A DNA stretch of 64,000 nucleotides from an uncultured Planctomycetaceae bacterium (GCA_963815195.1 CAWFGE010000012.1:608001-672000); one strand, 5' to 3'. Counted from the first letter of the stretch, positions 1 through 11,183 are shown. Numbers and translations: made by a program. The notes: generated from the sequence alone by a model not told the origin.

Positions 1-632
1 AGGGAAAACGAATTGAAGGTGCTTTCCACGATCACCGAGTCCCGCGGCGTTTGGCCGCCGGTGGAAACCAAACTGCCCTGGCCGCTGGCGATTCCCGCAT
101 CGGGCAGGACGTGGATCGCCGCGAAGCCGGCTTTCCGCAGATCTTCGAGCTTGGCGGTGTCGAGTTTCAGGTTTTGGGCGGTTTGATATTCGGGCGTCAA
201 ACCTTTGCGGTTGTCGGGCCGCGTCGCCGCGAGGACGTAGCGGGACGTGTCCCATTTGCGGCCCGGTGCCGGCTGCGGTTTCTTTTCGGTATCTAAGAAT
301 TGGTTGCCGCCGGCATCGATGAAGGCGGCGTACACGAAAAGTCCTTCACCCGGAATGATTTGAGCCTCCGCCGGCGGGGTGATATTTTTGCCGACGGCTT
401 CGATGACTCCGTTTTGGATCACCACGGTCGCCCCTTCGATTGTTTCGCCGGGGCGGACGATGACGGTTGCGTTTTGGATGGCGAACGCCTGCGGATGAAA
501 CCCGGTGAGCCGGCCGTCCTCCGCCCGCGACATCCCGCCGAAGAACAGCAGGAAACACAGAGCGCACAAACCGCACGTCGTCAAAAACGTGGAAAATCGA
601 TGGGTTCCCAGGAGGGCGTGGCGATGCGGCAT
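1..632 (-). CDS. Amidohydrolase-family protein, N-terminal part (runs off the window start)
   Basis: Translated by hand; not in the ORF track because there is no stop in the window. MPHRHALL...signal-like segment, then AFAIQNATVIVRPGETIEGATVVIQNGVIEAVG...GLFVYAAFIDA...LRKAGFAAIHVLP...GIASGQG, a typical amidohydrolase N-terminus. Confidence 0.75.
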   Translation of the reverse strand, partial: MPHRHALLGTHRFSTFLTTCGLCALCFLLFFGGMSRAEDGRLTGFHPQAFAIQNATVIVRPGETIEGATVVIQNGVIEAVGKNITPPAEAQIIPGEGLFVYAAFIDAGGNQFLDTEKKPQPAPGRKWDTSRYVLAATRPDNRKGLTPEYQTAQNLKLDTAKLEDLRKAGFAAIHVLPDAGIASGQGSLVSTGGQTPRDSVIVESTFNSFS

Positions 633-1529
633 GATGGAATCTCCGAGGTTGGAAAAATCGGGCAGGAGCGGATTTTTCAGGGCGGCAAGAGGCCGGCGAG
701 GAAATCGCCGGGATCCACCAGCCTATCCCGGCGGGAGGCGAATTCCTAGTTTCCGGCGAGAAACTCGATAAAATGTGTGGAAAGGATGCAGAGAAGAATT
801 GACACAATTCGATAAGACGTTATGATTAAGTTGCTTTGGAGCCAAATCCGCGTCGATTAGAGTCTGTTCCCCTCCACGGAACACAACCAGCATGGGATTG
901 GCTCACCCCCCATTGAAACTGCGAAGGCGAGAAAATCAGGTTTCTGCTTTCATGGGCAGGGTTGCTTCTGAAATCAATCTCTCCCTAATGGCGAATCAAT
1001 GGGATTGTTGAGTTCCACCTCATGGCACGTGGAATTCAGACAAGCGGGGTCCCAAACGGGTGAAATCTGTTGACCTCAGGCGTTGTGACTTGTCAACGCA
1101 CTTCTCACCCAAGTTCAGGCCCCATAATCGGTTCGGCCGATATTTTCGCAATGCGGCCACTCAGTTTGGGTGCTATCCCAGCATTTTGGATTCCGAAACT
1201 CACGGCGAAGTTCGCACTCATCCTCGGATGACACGTGGCCTATTTTGAAGGGTCAACCACTCCAACTCGCTTTCCCCGCGACCATTCGTGGTTGAAATGA
1301 GGAGCTCTCCCCTCTCCGCGTACAAGGAATGAAACTCAAGCGAGGAATCGTAACTTATTGAAAGCCAATCCATTGGCTTCACTTTCTTCATCAGAGTCTA
1401 TGGCTGGTTTTCGGGAGCCCCTTGGAGGCGCTCCCGCCCCAGGCCGCTGCTGTTCCCCCCCAATCATTGTCCCTGTTAGTTGTTATTGTGAATTCACATC
1501 CCGAAAGGAACGAGGTACGGAAACGGTTT

Positions 1530-3348
1530 ATGGCTGCTAAGAGTTCTCCTTCCACCGCGAAATCGACCCCCAAACGCACCACCCGCCGGAAAAAAGAACC
1601 GGAAGTGGACGAATTGGAATTGGAAATGGAAATCTTTGGGGAAGACCTGACCGACGAGGATGCGGACGACGTGACCGAAAAGAAAAAGCCGGTCCGCAAG
1701 CCTCGCCGCAAGAAATCGGAACCGGCGGAAGAGGCCGCCCCCGAAATGGAATCTCCCTCCGCAGAGGATGCCCCCGTGTCTGAAGAGACTCCCAAACGCC
1801 GACCCCGCCGCCGAAAATCCGCCGAAGCCGGCGAGGAAGCGGAACCCGTCGCCGAAACCGCCTCCAACAAAAAGTCGGAATCGCTCGATCTGGAAGACTG
1901 GAATTTCGAAGAGGTCACGGACGAGGACTCTGGGAACGACGAGGCTCGATCGCGGACTCGCCCGTCGTACGCGGAAGAATCCGACGAGAACGAACGGTCC
2001 CACCGGCGAGAGCCCCCGCGCAATTCCGACGGCGGCGGAGGCGATGAAGGCTCCACCGGCCGAAAACGCCGGCGACGCCGGCGCCGCAAAGGTGGCGGAG
2101 ACAATCCGGGTTCCGGCCAGGGTCCCGTCGGGGGACGCAACCAGTCCCGCGGGCGCGACCGCAATCAAAACCATCAAAACCGCGGCCGGAGCCAGTCCCG
2201 CAAAACCCGCTCGGTCGAGTACAACGGCGAGGAAATCACGGGCACGATCGAGGGCGTTCTGGAACTGCACCCCAAGGGCTACGGCTTTCTCCGCGATCCG
2301 TCGAAGAACTACGCCGCCCAGGACAGCGACGCGTTTGTTTCCAGTTCCGTCATCGAAAAATACCGCCTGCGGGAAGGCATTTTGATCCGAGGCGAAGTCG
2401 GTCCCGGCACCCGCGGACAAGGGCCTCGGCTCAAGAATATCGACACCGTCGACGGCCGGACTCTCGACGCGTTCCAAGAACTCAAGCACTTTGAGGAACT
2501 GACGGCCACCAATCCCCACGAGCAAATCCGCCTGGAAACCGGGCCTCGGCCCATCACCATGCGGGTCATGGATCTGCTCACGCCCATTGGCAAAGGACAG
2601 CGGGCGCTCGATTGTCGCTCCGCCGCGGACGGGCAAGACGATGCTCCTCCACGACATCGCCTATGCGGTCAGCGTGAACCATCCCGAAATGCACCTGATG
2701 GTGCTGTTGATCGACGAGCGGCCGGAAGAAGTCACCGAAATGAAGCGGAACGTCAAAGGCGAAGTCATCGCCTCTTCGATGGACCGCGACGTGGAAAGCC
2801 ACGTCCGCATCAGCCAACTGATCGTCGAGCGCGGCAAACGCATCGCGGAAGCCGGCGGCGAAGTCTTCATCCTCTTGGACAGCATCACCCGCACCGCCCG
2901 GGCGTTCAACAAATGGGTCGGCAATTCCGGCCGGACCGCGACCGGCGGCTTGGACATCCGGGCACTCGACATTCCCAAAAAACTGTTCGGCACGGCTCGG
3001 CGGTTTGAGGAAGGCGGCTCGCTGACCGTCGCCGCCACCGCCCTGATCGACACCGGCAGCCGGATGGACGAAGTCATCTTCCAGGAGTTCAAAGGCACGG
3101 GCAACATGGAGCTGGTGCTCAGCCGGGATCTGGCCGACCGCCGGATCTGGCCCGCCATCGACATCACCCGTTCCGGCACCCGCCGGGAGGAAAAAATTCT
3201 CGATGCGGAGACCCTGGACACGATCACGTTGCTTCGCCGGAGTTTGATTTCCTTAAGCCCCGTGGAAGCGATGGAGCAGCTCACCCGCAAGCTGGAGATG
3301 TTCCCCTCCAACCGCGAGTTTCTCCAAAAAGTCCGCAACGTGCTCTAA
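1530..3348 (+). CDS. rho: Transcription termination factor Rho with a long low-complexity N-terminal extension; one frameshift near 2610
   Basis: EGVLELHPKGYGFLR (RNA-binding domain), PIGKGQR-[fs]-IVAPPRTGKT (P-loop), LLIDERPEEVT, LLDSITR, EFKGTGNME, SGTRREE. Split over ORFs 1422..3008 and 2587..3348 by one extra base (ctc-g-att). Confidence 0.95.
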
Positions 3349-3408
3349 ATCCTCAGTTGCTTGCAGCTCATTCCGGAAGGTTCGTTCCGCGACAGAAGAA
3401 CCACTGAG

Positions 3409-4284
3409 ATGACCGAACCGCCGCCGTTTCGCGTGGGGATCGCCGGGAGGAGTCCCGCGGGGCAATTCCTTGTGGAGCGTTTGAAAGTTCGGCCCGAGTA
3501 TGAGATCTCGGCGGTCTCTTTGGCGAATCCGGTTTCGAAACTGGACGCGGTGCTGTTTCTGGATGGGAACGCAGCGAGCGCCCCACAGATTCAAGAAGCC
3601 CTCGACGCCGGGCTGCCCGTCGGCGTGCTGCCGCCGCTTTTTTGGGAACCAGCTTCGTGTGAACAATTGGCCGAGCAAGCCGCGGGGCGGCTGTTCGTGC
3701 TGAATCCGCACCATGAAGATCCCGATTTCCGCGCGGCCCGCGAATTGATTCAAACCGGCGAACTGGGCTTGCTTCGGGCGATCAAACGCATTTCCTGGGT
3801 CGCGGATCTCGTGAACTCGTCCCCACAGTCCGACCAGGACACGTGGTTTTCGCAACTTCTTTGGGAAGATGTGGACCAATTGCTGCTCCTCGCGGAGGAA
3901 TTGCCTCGGTCGGTGTATGCGGCGGATTATTCGGAAAAGGCCGAGACTTATTTTCTGATCTTCCATTTTCCAAGCGGCCTCATCGGGCATGTGGAACGCC
4001 GGCGGGGATCGGTGGTTCCGCTCGACGTGGGCTGGACGATCAGCGGCCAAAACGGCAGCTACGCCAATGGCCGCCACCATATCCAAACGGAAGCGGGGGA
4101 GATTTATGATGTCCCCGCGGAAGCGGACCCGCTTTCGGGTGATGCGATTTTCGATCCACTTCGCCGGTTTGGAGAATCCTCCGCGGATTCCTCTTGGCAG
4201 CAGGCGGTGAATGTGATTAAAGTCCGCCGCGCCGCCGTTCGATCCGCCGAGACGGGTCAGGTTGTGGCGTTGCCGTTCGATTGA
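3409..4284 (+). CDS. Gfo/Idh/MocA-like oxidoreductase (divergent)
   Basis: N-terminal RVGIAG Rossmann-like start, DPDFRAARELIQTGELG, C-terminal AVRSAETGQVVALP. Confidence 0.7.
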   Translation: MTEPPPFRVGIAGRSPAGQFLVERLKVRPEYEISAVSLANPVSKLDAVLFLDGNAASAPQIQEALDAGLPVGVLPPLFWEPASCEQLAEQAAGRLFVLNPHHEDPDFRAARELIQTGELGLLRAIKRISWVADLVNSSPQSDQDTWFSQLLWEDVDQLLLLAEELPRSVYAADYSEKAETYFLIFHFPSGLIGHVERRRGSVVPLDVGWTISGQNGSYANGRHHIQTEAGEIYDVPAEADPLSGDAIFDPLRRFGESSADSSWQQAVNVIKVRRAAVRSAETGQVVALPFD

Positions 4285-4403
4285 ACTCCCCTGACATTTC
4301 ACGGCCCGTCCGCTATTCTAAAAAACAGCGATTTGATTCTGCGGAAAGTCATCATGGGGCTTACGCCCCACGCGCGCCTTTTTTCTAGCTTTGATCTTTG
4401 ATT

Positions 4404-4886
4404 ATGACCAGTGCCGATCCCACATTGCGTTTGCTATTAGATGAAGTCCGCCGCAAAACGCTGAGCCGCTTGGAAGGGCTGAGCGAGGAGCAGGCCCGCT
4501 GGACGCCCAAGGGTCTTCAGAACTCGATCCTCTGGCACGCGGGGCACAGCTATGTTGTGCTCGAATGGCTGACGATGGGCGGTTTGGGAGCCGAGACGAC
4601 ATGCCCGGCCGGTTGGTTCGAGATGTTCAGTTGGACGAGCCGTCCCGCCGAGGTTCCCGCCGACCGCTGGCCGAAGCTGGAGGATGTGGTTCACGAACTG
4701 CAACTGCAGCACGGCCGCATGCACAAGCTCCTGTGCAATCTCAACGCCGACTACTTCGACAACCCCGCCCGCAACCGCCCGGACGTGACTGTCCGCGAGC
4801 GGATTATGCACGCCCTGCACGATGAAGCCAACCACAGCGGCGAAATCTGGCTGCTGCGAAAACTGCAAAACCACGTTTCCGTTTAG
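4404..4886 (+). CDS. DinB-family protein
   Basis: NSILWHAGH and HALHDEANHSGEIWLLRK metal-binding His motifs. Confidence 0.85.
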   Translation: MTSADPTLRLLLDEVRRKTLSRLEGLSEEQARWTPKGLQNSILWHAGHSYVVLEWLTMGGLGAETTCPAGWFEMFSWTSRPAEVPADRWPKLEDVVHELQLQHGRMHKLLCNLNADYFDNPARNRPDVTVRERIMHALHDEANHSGEIWLLRKLQNHVSV

Positions 4887-5029
4887 CCGCCGATGAAACG
4901 CAGCCCGGCGATTCCCAAAACCAAACGAACCACGGATAATACGGATCGTACGGATAAGACACGAAATGGAAACGGGAAACCTTTCCACTCAGAACGGATC
5001 ACGGACCAAGGATAACGGATCAACCACAC

Positions 5030-6968
5030 ATGGCCACAGCAACCGCAGCACGGAAATCGGGTAGCAGTTACGTCGGCAGCGATATTACGGTCCTTAAAGG
5101 TCTCGAAGCCGTCCGGCATCGGCCCGCGATGTATATCGGCGGGGTCGATATTCGCGGCCTGCATCATCTGGTGTGGGAGATCATCGACAACTCCGTCGAT
5201 GAATATCTCGCCGGGGCCTGCGACCGAGTCACCGTCACGCTTCACAAAGACGGCTCCTCGATCACCGTGCAAGACAACGGCCGGGGCATTCCAGTCGATA
5301 AACATCCCGAAGAGAAAAAATCCACGCTGGAAGTCATCCTCACCACCCTGCACGCCGGCGGCAAGTTCTCCAACAAGAACTACGCCCGCAGCGGCGGACT
5401 CCACGGCGTGGGGTCGTCGGTCGTCAACGCCCTCTCGTCCGAACTCGTCGCCACCGTCCACCGCGATAAATACGAATGGCAGCAAACCTACGAGCGGGGC
5501 ATCCCCTTGGGCAAGGTCCGCAAGGTCAAACCCTACCAGGGCACGACGGGCACGATCATTTTCTTCCGCCCCGATGAAAAAATCTTCCCCCGCATCCATT
5601 TCAACGCCGACACCATCCGCCAGCACCTGGAAGACATCTCCTACATCCACGGCGGCCTGAAGATCGTCTTCCAGGATGAGACCAAAAAAGAAAAATACGA
5701 GCTGCATCACCCCGACGGGATCGCGGCCTACTTGGAAAAGATCACCGAAGAGAGCCGAAAGAAGCCGATCCACGAGCAGATTTTTTCCGCCGAGAAAGAC
5801 GAAGAAGACCTCCGCGTGGAAATCGTGCTCCGCTGGACCGATGCGACCGACGAGCAGCTTCGCAGCTATGTCAACGGCATCCGCACCCACGCCGGCGGCA
5901 CGCACGAGTCGGGCCTAAGGTCCGGCGTCGCCAAGGCCGTGCGGAATTACATGCAGGTCCACGACATCAAGCAGAAGGGTGTGAGCGTCACCAACGACGA
6001 CATCCGCGAAGGCTGCGTGGGGATTCTGTCGGTGTTTCTGAGCGATCCGATGTTCCAGGGCCAGACCAAGGAGAAGCTCAACAACGCCGAGGCCCAGAAC
6101 GCGGTGGAAAGCCTCGTCCGGCCGACGTTGGAGAACTGGCTCAACAACAACCCTTCGATCGCCGATGCCGTGGTGGGGCGAATTATCCTCGCCGCCCGCG
6201 CCCGCGAAGCGAGCCGGAACGCCGTCAACGAAGTGCACCGCAAAAAAGCGGGCGGCAAGAAAACCAACCTGCCGGGCAAGCTCGTCGATTGCCGTTCCAA
6301 AAACCCCGAAGAGAGCGAAATATTCATCGTGGAAGGCGACTCCGCCGGCACCACCGCGGTCATGGGCCGGGAAAGCTACAACCAGGCGGTGCTGCCGCTC
6401 AAGGGAAAAGTTCTCAACACCGAAGCGCTCGGCATCGCGAAAATTCTAAAGAACACGGAAATCAGACTCACTCGTGGAAGCTTTGGGAACGGGCATCGGA
6501 TCGAACTTCGACATCCACCGGCTTCGCTATCATCGCATCATCCTGTTGATGGACGCGGACAGCGACGGCTATCACATCAGTACGCTTTTGTTGACGTTTT
6601 TCTTCCGCCACATGCGGGAGTTGATCACCGCGGGAAAACTGTTTATCGCCCAGCCGCCGCTTTACAAAATCAGCGTAGGCAAAGAAACCTTCTATGCCCA
6701 GGACGAGGCCCACAAGGAAGAGATCCTCGCCGGCCTTCCCGCCAACCGCAAACCGGAGATCGACCGCTTCAAAGGCTTGGGCGAAATGAACAGCGACCAG
6801 CTCAAGGAAACCACGCTCGACCCCGCGCTGCGGGTGCTGTTGCGGGTTGAGATTGAAAGCCAGGTCGATGCGGACGCGACCTTCCATCAGCTCCTGGGCA
6901 AAGACGCGTCGGAACGCTACCGCATCATCATGGATGAAGCCACATTCGCGGACGATGTCGATCTTTAA
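5030..6968 (+). CDS. Type IIA DNA topoisomerase subunit B (ParE/GyrB-like, about 645 aa); frameshift near 6466
   Basis: LKGLEAVRHRPAMYIG, EIIDNSVDE, DNGRGIP, LHAGGKF, SGGLHGVG, EGDSA, PLKGK, DADSDG, RFKGLGEM. Split over ORFs 5030..6850 and 6474..6968. Confidence 0.93.
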
Positions 6969-7004
6969 GTTAAGAAGGACATTTTGAGAAGGTGTTTGAA
7001 AACC

Positions 7005-7073
7005 TGAGCGGTAGGCGCTAGCCTCCGGTTTTGATCACGAAATCAAAGCCGGCGGCTAGCACCGTGCCGCTCA
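7005..7073. repeat. REP-like inverted pair, family A (tgagcggtaggcgctagcctccggttttgat ... atcaaagccggcggctagcaccgtgccgctca)
   Basis: Imperfect palindrome. 7005-7035 is the exact reverse complement of 45028-45058; related units occur at 11002-11147. Confidence 0.85.
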
Positions 7074-7201
7074 CGTTCGATTTGGCGAATCCGCGCATTT
7101 GATCGATGCGCGGATTTTTTTGTTACCTTTCCGGTCCGAAGGCGGTACGATACGGAGAGTGAAAGGATTTTCGTTTCCACCTTCACATCCAAGGAGCAAC
7201 C

Positions 7202-8923
7202 ATGTCTACGTCGAACAGCATTCGCAGAACGAGACATCTCGGAAAAGGCGCAATCATTCTGGGAGGCCTGATCCTCGCGGCCGCCACAATCAGCCAGGCG
7301 GCGGAGCGGGAAAACAAACAGCCCGCCGCCCAGAAAGCGGAGGCGGTCGCCGGGCGGGAAATCTTCATGCGGGAATGGTTGCCGAACGATCCCCGCAGCC
7401 ACGGCGGCGACGGCTTGGGGCCGGTGTATAACGACAGCTCCTGCGTCGCCTGCCATAACCAAGGGGGCGCGGGGGGCGGGGGGCCTGCCAGCAAAAATGT
7501 GAACATCGTCTCGGCCACCTTCAATGTGCCCATCCAGCAGATGGTCCGTCCCCGGCCAGGCCTCGCGGAATCGCTGGTCCGCACGATCTTCGGTCTCCAT
7601 CAACCCGCCCCATTCGGCGAACCCTTGTCCAAAGAGGACCTGCAAAAACGCCGCAAGCAGCTCGTTCAAGAAATCACGAACCTCCACCCCGGCTTCCGCA
7701 CCGCGAACAGCGTGGTGATCCATCACTTCGGCAACAACGAGCAATACGAAACCTGGAAATCCAACCTGCTCTCGTCCGACGAGGCGATTTTCGAAAGTGG
7801 CGGCTTTGAAACAGTCGCGATCCAGCGGGAAATCATCATGGCGGATCGAGCAGTCGCCGAAGCACGAGTGGCGGAGGCCGTTGCCCATTCGGAAGGTGCG
7901 GCAGAAGCCCGTCCGAATCCGATCGACATGCAGCGGGGGCGAAACCGCTTGCAGCGGGTCAAGTCGCGGGTGCAGCCTGTGGTGCTTTCTTCCGCCCGGC
8001 AGCATGGGAACTTTGGCCTGTCTCAGTCGCAGCGGAATGCGACCGCGCTGTTCGGAGCGGGCGTGATCGATGCCGTGCCCGACAAGGTCTTGGAAGAAGC
8101 CGCGAAGAAAAAGTATCAAGACTATCCTGAAGTCTCCGGCCGGGTCGCGAGATTGCCGGGCGGCAAGATCGGGCGGTTTGGGTGGAAGGCTCAGAAAGCT
8201 TCGTTGCGGGATTTCACCGTGACCGCGTGTGCCGTGGAGTTGGGCCTCCATGTCCCGGAACATCCGCAATCGGGCGATCCCAACAAACCCGAATACAAAC
8301 CCGCCGGCTTCGATTTGACCCGCGGGGAATGCGACGCGTTGGTCGAATACATCCGGGACCTGCCCGCCCCGGCGATGCGAACCGCCTCGCATCCGATGGA
8401 GAAGAAGTTCTTGGAAGAAGGCCGCACGCTGATGGCGAAAGTCGGTTGCACGGCCTGCCATACCGAAAAGCTCGGCGAGGCCCAGGGCCTCTACAGCGAC
8501 CTGTTGGTGCATGACATGGGCGGCGAACTCGGCGACACCGGCAGCTACGGCGTGTTTCTGCCCGATTCGCCCGGCGGCGACGACGGCAGTCCCGTCCCGC
8601 CGATCACCCAACTGACCAAACCGCTCGGGCACGAAGCGCCCACGCTGCTCAATCGCTCGGCCACACATCCCGAAGAGGCGAAAGATTTCATCGGCGTGAC
8701 CCGCCTGGAATGGCGGACGCCGGCTTTGTGGGGCGTGCGGGACTCGGCTCCCTACCTGCACGACGGCCGGGCGGACACGCTCGAACAAGCCATTGCCATG
8801 CACGGCGGCGAAGGTTCGAAATCGGCCCTCGGGTTCTTCGCCTTGGATCCCAAGGACCAGCAGAAAGTTGTCTTCTTCCTCAAATCGCTCTCCGCACCCG
8901 CCGCCACCGTTGCGGAACGCTGA
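7202..8923 (+). CDS. Di-heme oxidoreductase family protein (DUF1111/DHOR), exported c-type cytochrome
   Basis: Signal peptide; DGLGPVYNDSSCVACH and GCTACH (two CxxCH); GRFGWKA; YSDLLVHDMG; WRTPALWG; YLHDGRA. Confidence 0.9.
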   Translation: MSTSNSIRRTRHLGKGAIILGGLILAAATISQAAERENKQPAAQKAEAVAGREIFMREWLPNDPRSHGGDGLGPVYNDSSCVACHNQGGAGGGGPASKNVNIVSATFNVPIQQMVRPRPGLAESLVRTIFGLHQPAPFGEPLSKEDLQKRRKQLVQEITNLHPGFRTANSVVIHHFGNNEQYETWKSNLLSSDEAIFESGGFETVAIQREIIMADRAVAEARVAEAVAHSEGAAEARPNPIDMQRGRNRLQRVKSRVQPVVLSSARQHGNFGLSQSQRNATALFGAGVIDAVPDKVLEEAAKKKYQDYPEVSGRVARLPGGKIGRFGWKAQKASLRDFTVTACAVELGLHVPEHPQSGDPNKPEYKPAGFDLTRGECDALVEYIRDLPAPAMRTASHPMEKKFLEEGRTLMAKVGCTACHTEKLGEAQGLYSDLLVHDMGGELGDTGSYGVFLPDSPGGDDGSPVPPITQLTKPLGHEAPTLLNRSATHPEEAKDFIGVTRLEWRTPALWGVRDSAPYLHDGRADTLEQAIAMHGGEGSKSALGFFALDPKDQQKVVFFLKSLSAPAATVAER

Positions 8924-8953
8924 GCGATGACGACAATGAAATAAAAACGTCCA

Positions 8954-8994
8954 AAGCCCGGTTGCTTCGCCGCAGCCGGGTTTCGTTTTTATTT
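8954..8994 (+). terminator. Probable intrinsic terminator
   Basis: aagcccggttgc-loop-gcagccgggttt followed by a T-rich tract, just after the DHOR gene. Confidence 0.65.
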
Positions 8995-9047
8995 CGTAGC
9001 GTGGTAGGTTGTCCCATAGGAGTCAGATCTGGTGTGGCGATCGCATA

Positions 9048-9082
9048 GACCACGCCCTTCGTTCCTCAGGGACGTGCCACCC
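9048..9082. repeat. REP-like element, family C (half copy)
   Basis: gaccacgcccttcgttcctcagggacgtgccaccc matches arms at 43718-43775, 45590-45671 and 52033-52110. Confidence 0.8.
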
Positions 9083-9119
9083 GCGCCGTTTTTCCTCAAC
9101 GACAAGAAACTTTCCGCCC

Positions 9120-10298
9120 ATGATTCGCCAAATCTTTGTTGCGCTCGTGCTTTGTGTCGGCGTCGCTTCCATTTCCGCTTCGGAGCCGGCGAAAAAACTG
9201 CCGGTGGTCGGTCCGGAAGCGGCGGGGATGATTCCCGATCGTCTCAAAGCGATCGATCGGATTGTGGAAGAAGGCCTCGAGCGAAAACGCATGCCGGGCG
9301 CGGTGGTCGTGGTCGGACATCAGGGAAAGATCGTGCACCGGAAGGCGTATGGGTTTCGCGAAATCGAGCCCGTCCAATTGCCGATGACCGTGGACACCGT
9401 GTTCGACCTGGCTTCGCTCACCAAACCGATTGCCACTGCGACCAGCGTGATGACCTTGATCGAAAAGGGCCAAATCAAACTCCACGAACCCGTCGCCACC
9501 TATCTGCCGAACTTCGCCCGGAACGGCAAAGAGAAGATCACGGTGTATCACCTCCTGACCCACCAGGGCGGTTTGATTCCCGATAATCCCATCGGCGATT
9601 ATAACGCCGGCCCCGCCAAGGCGTGGGACAACATCTGCGCCTTAAAGCCCGCCGCTTCGCCCGGCGAGCGGTTCATTTATAGCGATGTGGGATTTATCGT
9701 GCTGGGGAAGTTGATTGAAGAAGTCACCGGCAAAAGGGTGCACGAGTATTCGCAGGCAGCGATCTATGTCCCCTTGGGCATGAGCGAAACGGGCTACTTG
9801 CCGCGGGAGGAACTCAGGCAGCGGGCCGCAACGACCCAGGAACGGGACGGGCACCCGATGCGGGGCGAAGTCCATGATCCGCGGGCGTTTCTTTTGGAAG
9901 GCGTGGCCGGGCATGCGGGGCTGTTTTCCACCGCGGACGACTTGGCCGTCTATGCCCAGATGATGGTGCAGGGCGGCGAGTACCAAGGCGTGCGGATTCT
10001 GAAAACCCCAACCGCGGCGATGATGACCAAGGCCTACAACGTGCCCGGCGGCCTTCGCGGTTTGGGCTGGGACAAGAAATCGTCGTATTCGTCCAACCGC
10101 GGGGACCTGTTCACCGATGCCGCGTTCGGGCACGGCGGGTTCACGGGCACGGCGATCTGGATCGATCCCGCCCAGGAGTTGTTCGTGATTTTCTTGAGCA
10201 ACCGCGTGCACCCCGATGGCCGCGGCTCGGTGAACGCCCTCGCCGGCCGCATCGGCACCATCGCCGCCGCCGCGATCCGCCCCGCCGATTCCCGGTAG
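9120..10298 (+). CDS. Serine hydrolase, beta-lactamase class C / esterase family, exported
   Basis: FDLASLTK (SxxK), LLTHQGG, YSD, GHAGLFST, FGHGGFTG; signal peptide. Confidence 0.9.
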   Translation: MIRQIFVALVLCVGVASISASEPAKKLPVVGPEAAGMIPDRLKAIDRIVEEGLERKRMPGAVVVVGHQGKIVHRKAYGFREIEPVQLPMTVDTVFDLASLTKPIATATSVMTLIEKGQIKLHEPVATYLPNFARNGKEKITVYHLLTHQGGLIPDNPIGDYNAGPAKAWDNICALKPAASPGERFIYSDVGFIVLGKLIEEVTGKRVHEYSQAAIYVPLGMSETGYLPREELRQRAATTQERDGHPMRGEVHDPRAFLLEGVAGHAGLFSTADDLAVYAQMMVQGGEYQGVRILKTPTAAMMTKAYNVPGGLRGLGWDKKSSYSSNRGDLFTDAAFGHGGFTGTAIWIDPAQELFVIFLSNRVHPDGRGSVNALAGRIGTIAAAAIRPADSR

Positions 10299-10527
10299 CA
10301 AAACTCACAAAACTTTGCCCGCGGAACGAGGTAAGTGTTCCGTTCTTAACTGTCCTATCGGTTTCGACGGCGGCCGCGGGGCTGTGTTCAATCGGGCGGA
10401 CTCGATTTCTCCAAAGGAACGCTTGCGGGCGGGTTTGGTGCGGCTTTACGATAGAGTAGGAAAGCAGTCCTCCGGCGCACCGACCCGCGCGACGCCTCCC
10501 TTTTGTTCCATTCGGGAAGAAACCTCC

Positions 10528-10971
10528 GTGACGAAGTACAGCCTCTCCGCCGCCTCTTTGGTGACAGCGATTCCCGCGGCTTATCTCGCATATTTGCTGG
10601 TGATGACCTTTTTGCAGGAACCGGGCTTCAACAACCTGACTGGCCCCTTTCAAATCATCGCCGGGCTGACGTTGACCTTGGTCACGCTGATGGTGTTTAT
10701 GCCCGTGGGGATTCTGATCTTCGGCAAGAAACCGGTCAAAGCCGCCGAGCCGGAAAAATCCGCCGACGCCGAAGGCAAAGACGACGGCGAAGACCTCGCC
10801 GTGGAAGACGAGGACGACTTCGGCGAAAGCAAAGATGACTTGGAGGTGGCCGGCGAAGCGGACATGTTCGAAGACGAGGGAGCCGAGTTTGAAGACGACG
10901 GCTTGGACGAGGACCTCGACGATTTCGAAGACGACGGCTTCGATGACTTCGACGATGATGAATTCAAATAA
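10528..10971 (+). CDS. Hypothetical membrane protein: two TM helices plus a highly acidic C-terminal tail
   Basis: GTG start after a purine-rich stretch; two hydrophobic segments followed by an Asp/Glu-rich tail. Confidence 0.7.
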   Translation: MTKYSLSAASLVTAIPAAYLAYLLVMTFLQEPGFNNLTGPFQIIAGLTLTLVTLMVFMPVGILIFGKKPVKAAEPEKSADAEGKDDGEDLAVEDEDDFGESKDDLEVAGEADMFEDEGAEFEDDGLDEDLDDFEDDGFDDFDDDEFK

Positions 10972-10978
10972 CCATCGT

Positions 10979-11183
10979 TTAAGGATTGTTCGAGAAACAA
11001 CTGAGCGGAATGGCGCTAGCCGCCGGCTTGCGGAATGGCGCTAGCCACCGGCTTGCGGAATGGCGCTAGCCACCGGCTTGTGGAATGGCGCTAGCCGCCC
11101 GGTGGTCGTGGAGCGTGAAAAGCCGGCGGCTGACGCCGTGCCGCTCAATGAATTGGGAACCCTGATTCTCGAACAATCGCTAA
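10979..11183. mobile_element. MITE-like element (about 200 bp) with terminal inverted repeats enclosing a 25-bp x4 tandem array of REP family A
   Basis: Left ttaaggattgttcgagaa versus reverse-complemented right ttagcgattgttcgagaa (16/18). Tandem gcggaatggcgctagcc(g/a)ccggctt at 11005-11104, with an inverted partner at about 11120-11147. Confidence 0.6.

Noticed and set aside
1530..6968. Pseudogenes or programmed frameshifting in rho and the topoisomerase gene
   Set aside because: No slippery heptamers are evident and similar single-base indels occur throughout the window; sequencing error is more parsimonious.
9120..10298. Antibiotic-resistance beta-lactamase
   Set aside because: Motifs fit the broad esterase/serine hydrolase family; there is no mobile context or AmpC-specific evidence.
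11005..11104. Possible CRISPR array (25-bp repeats)
   Set aside because: Units are directly adjacent with no unique spacers and no cas genes; they match REP family A.
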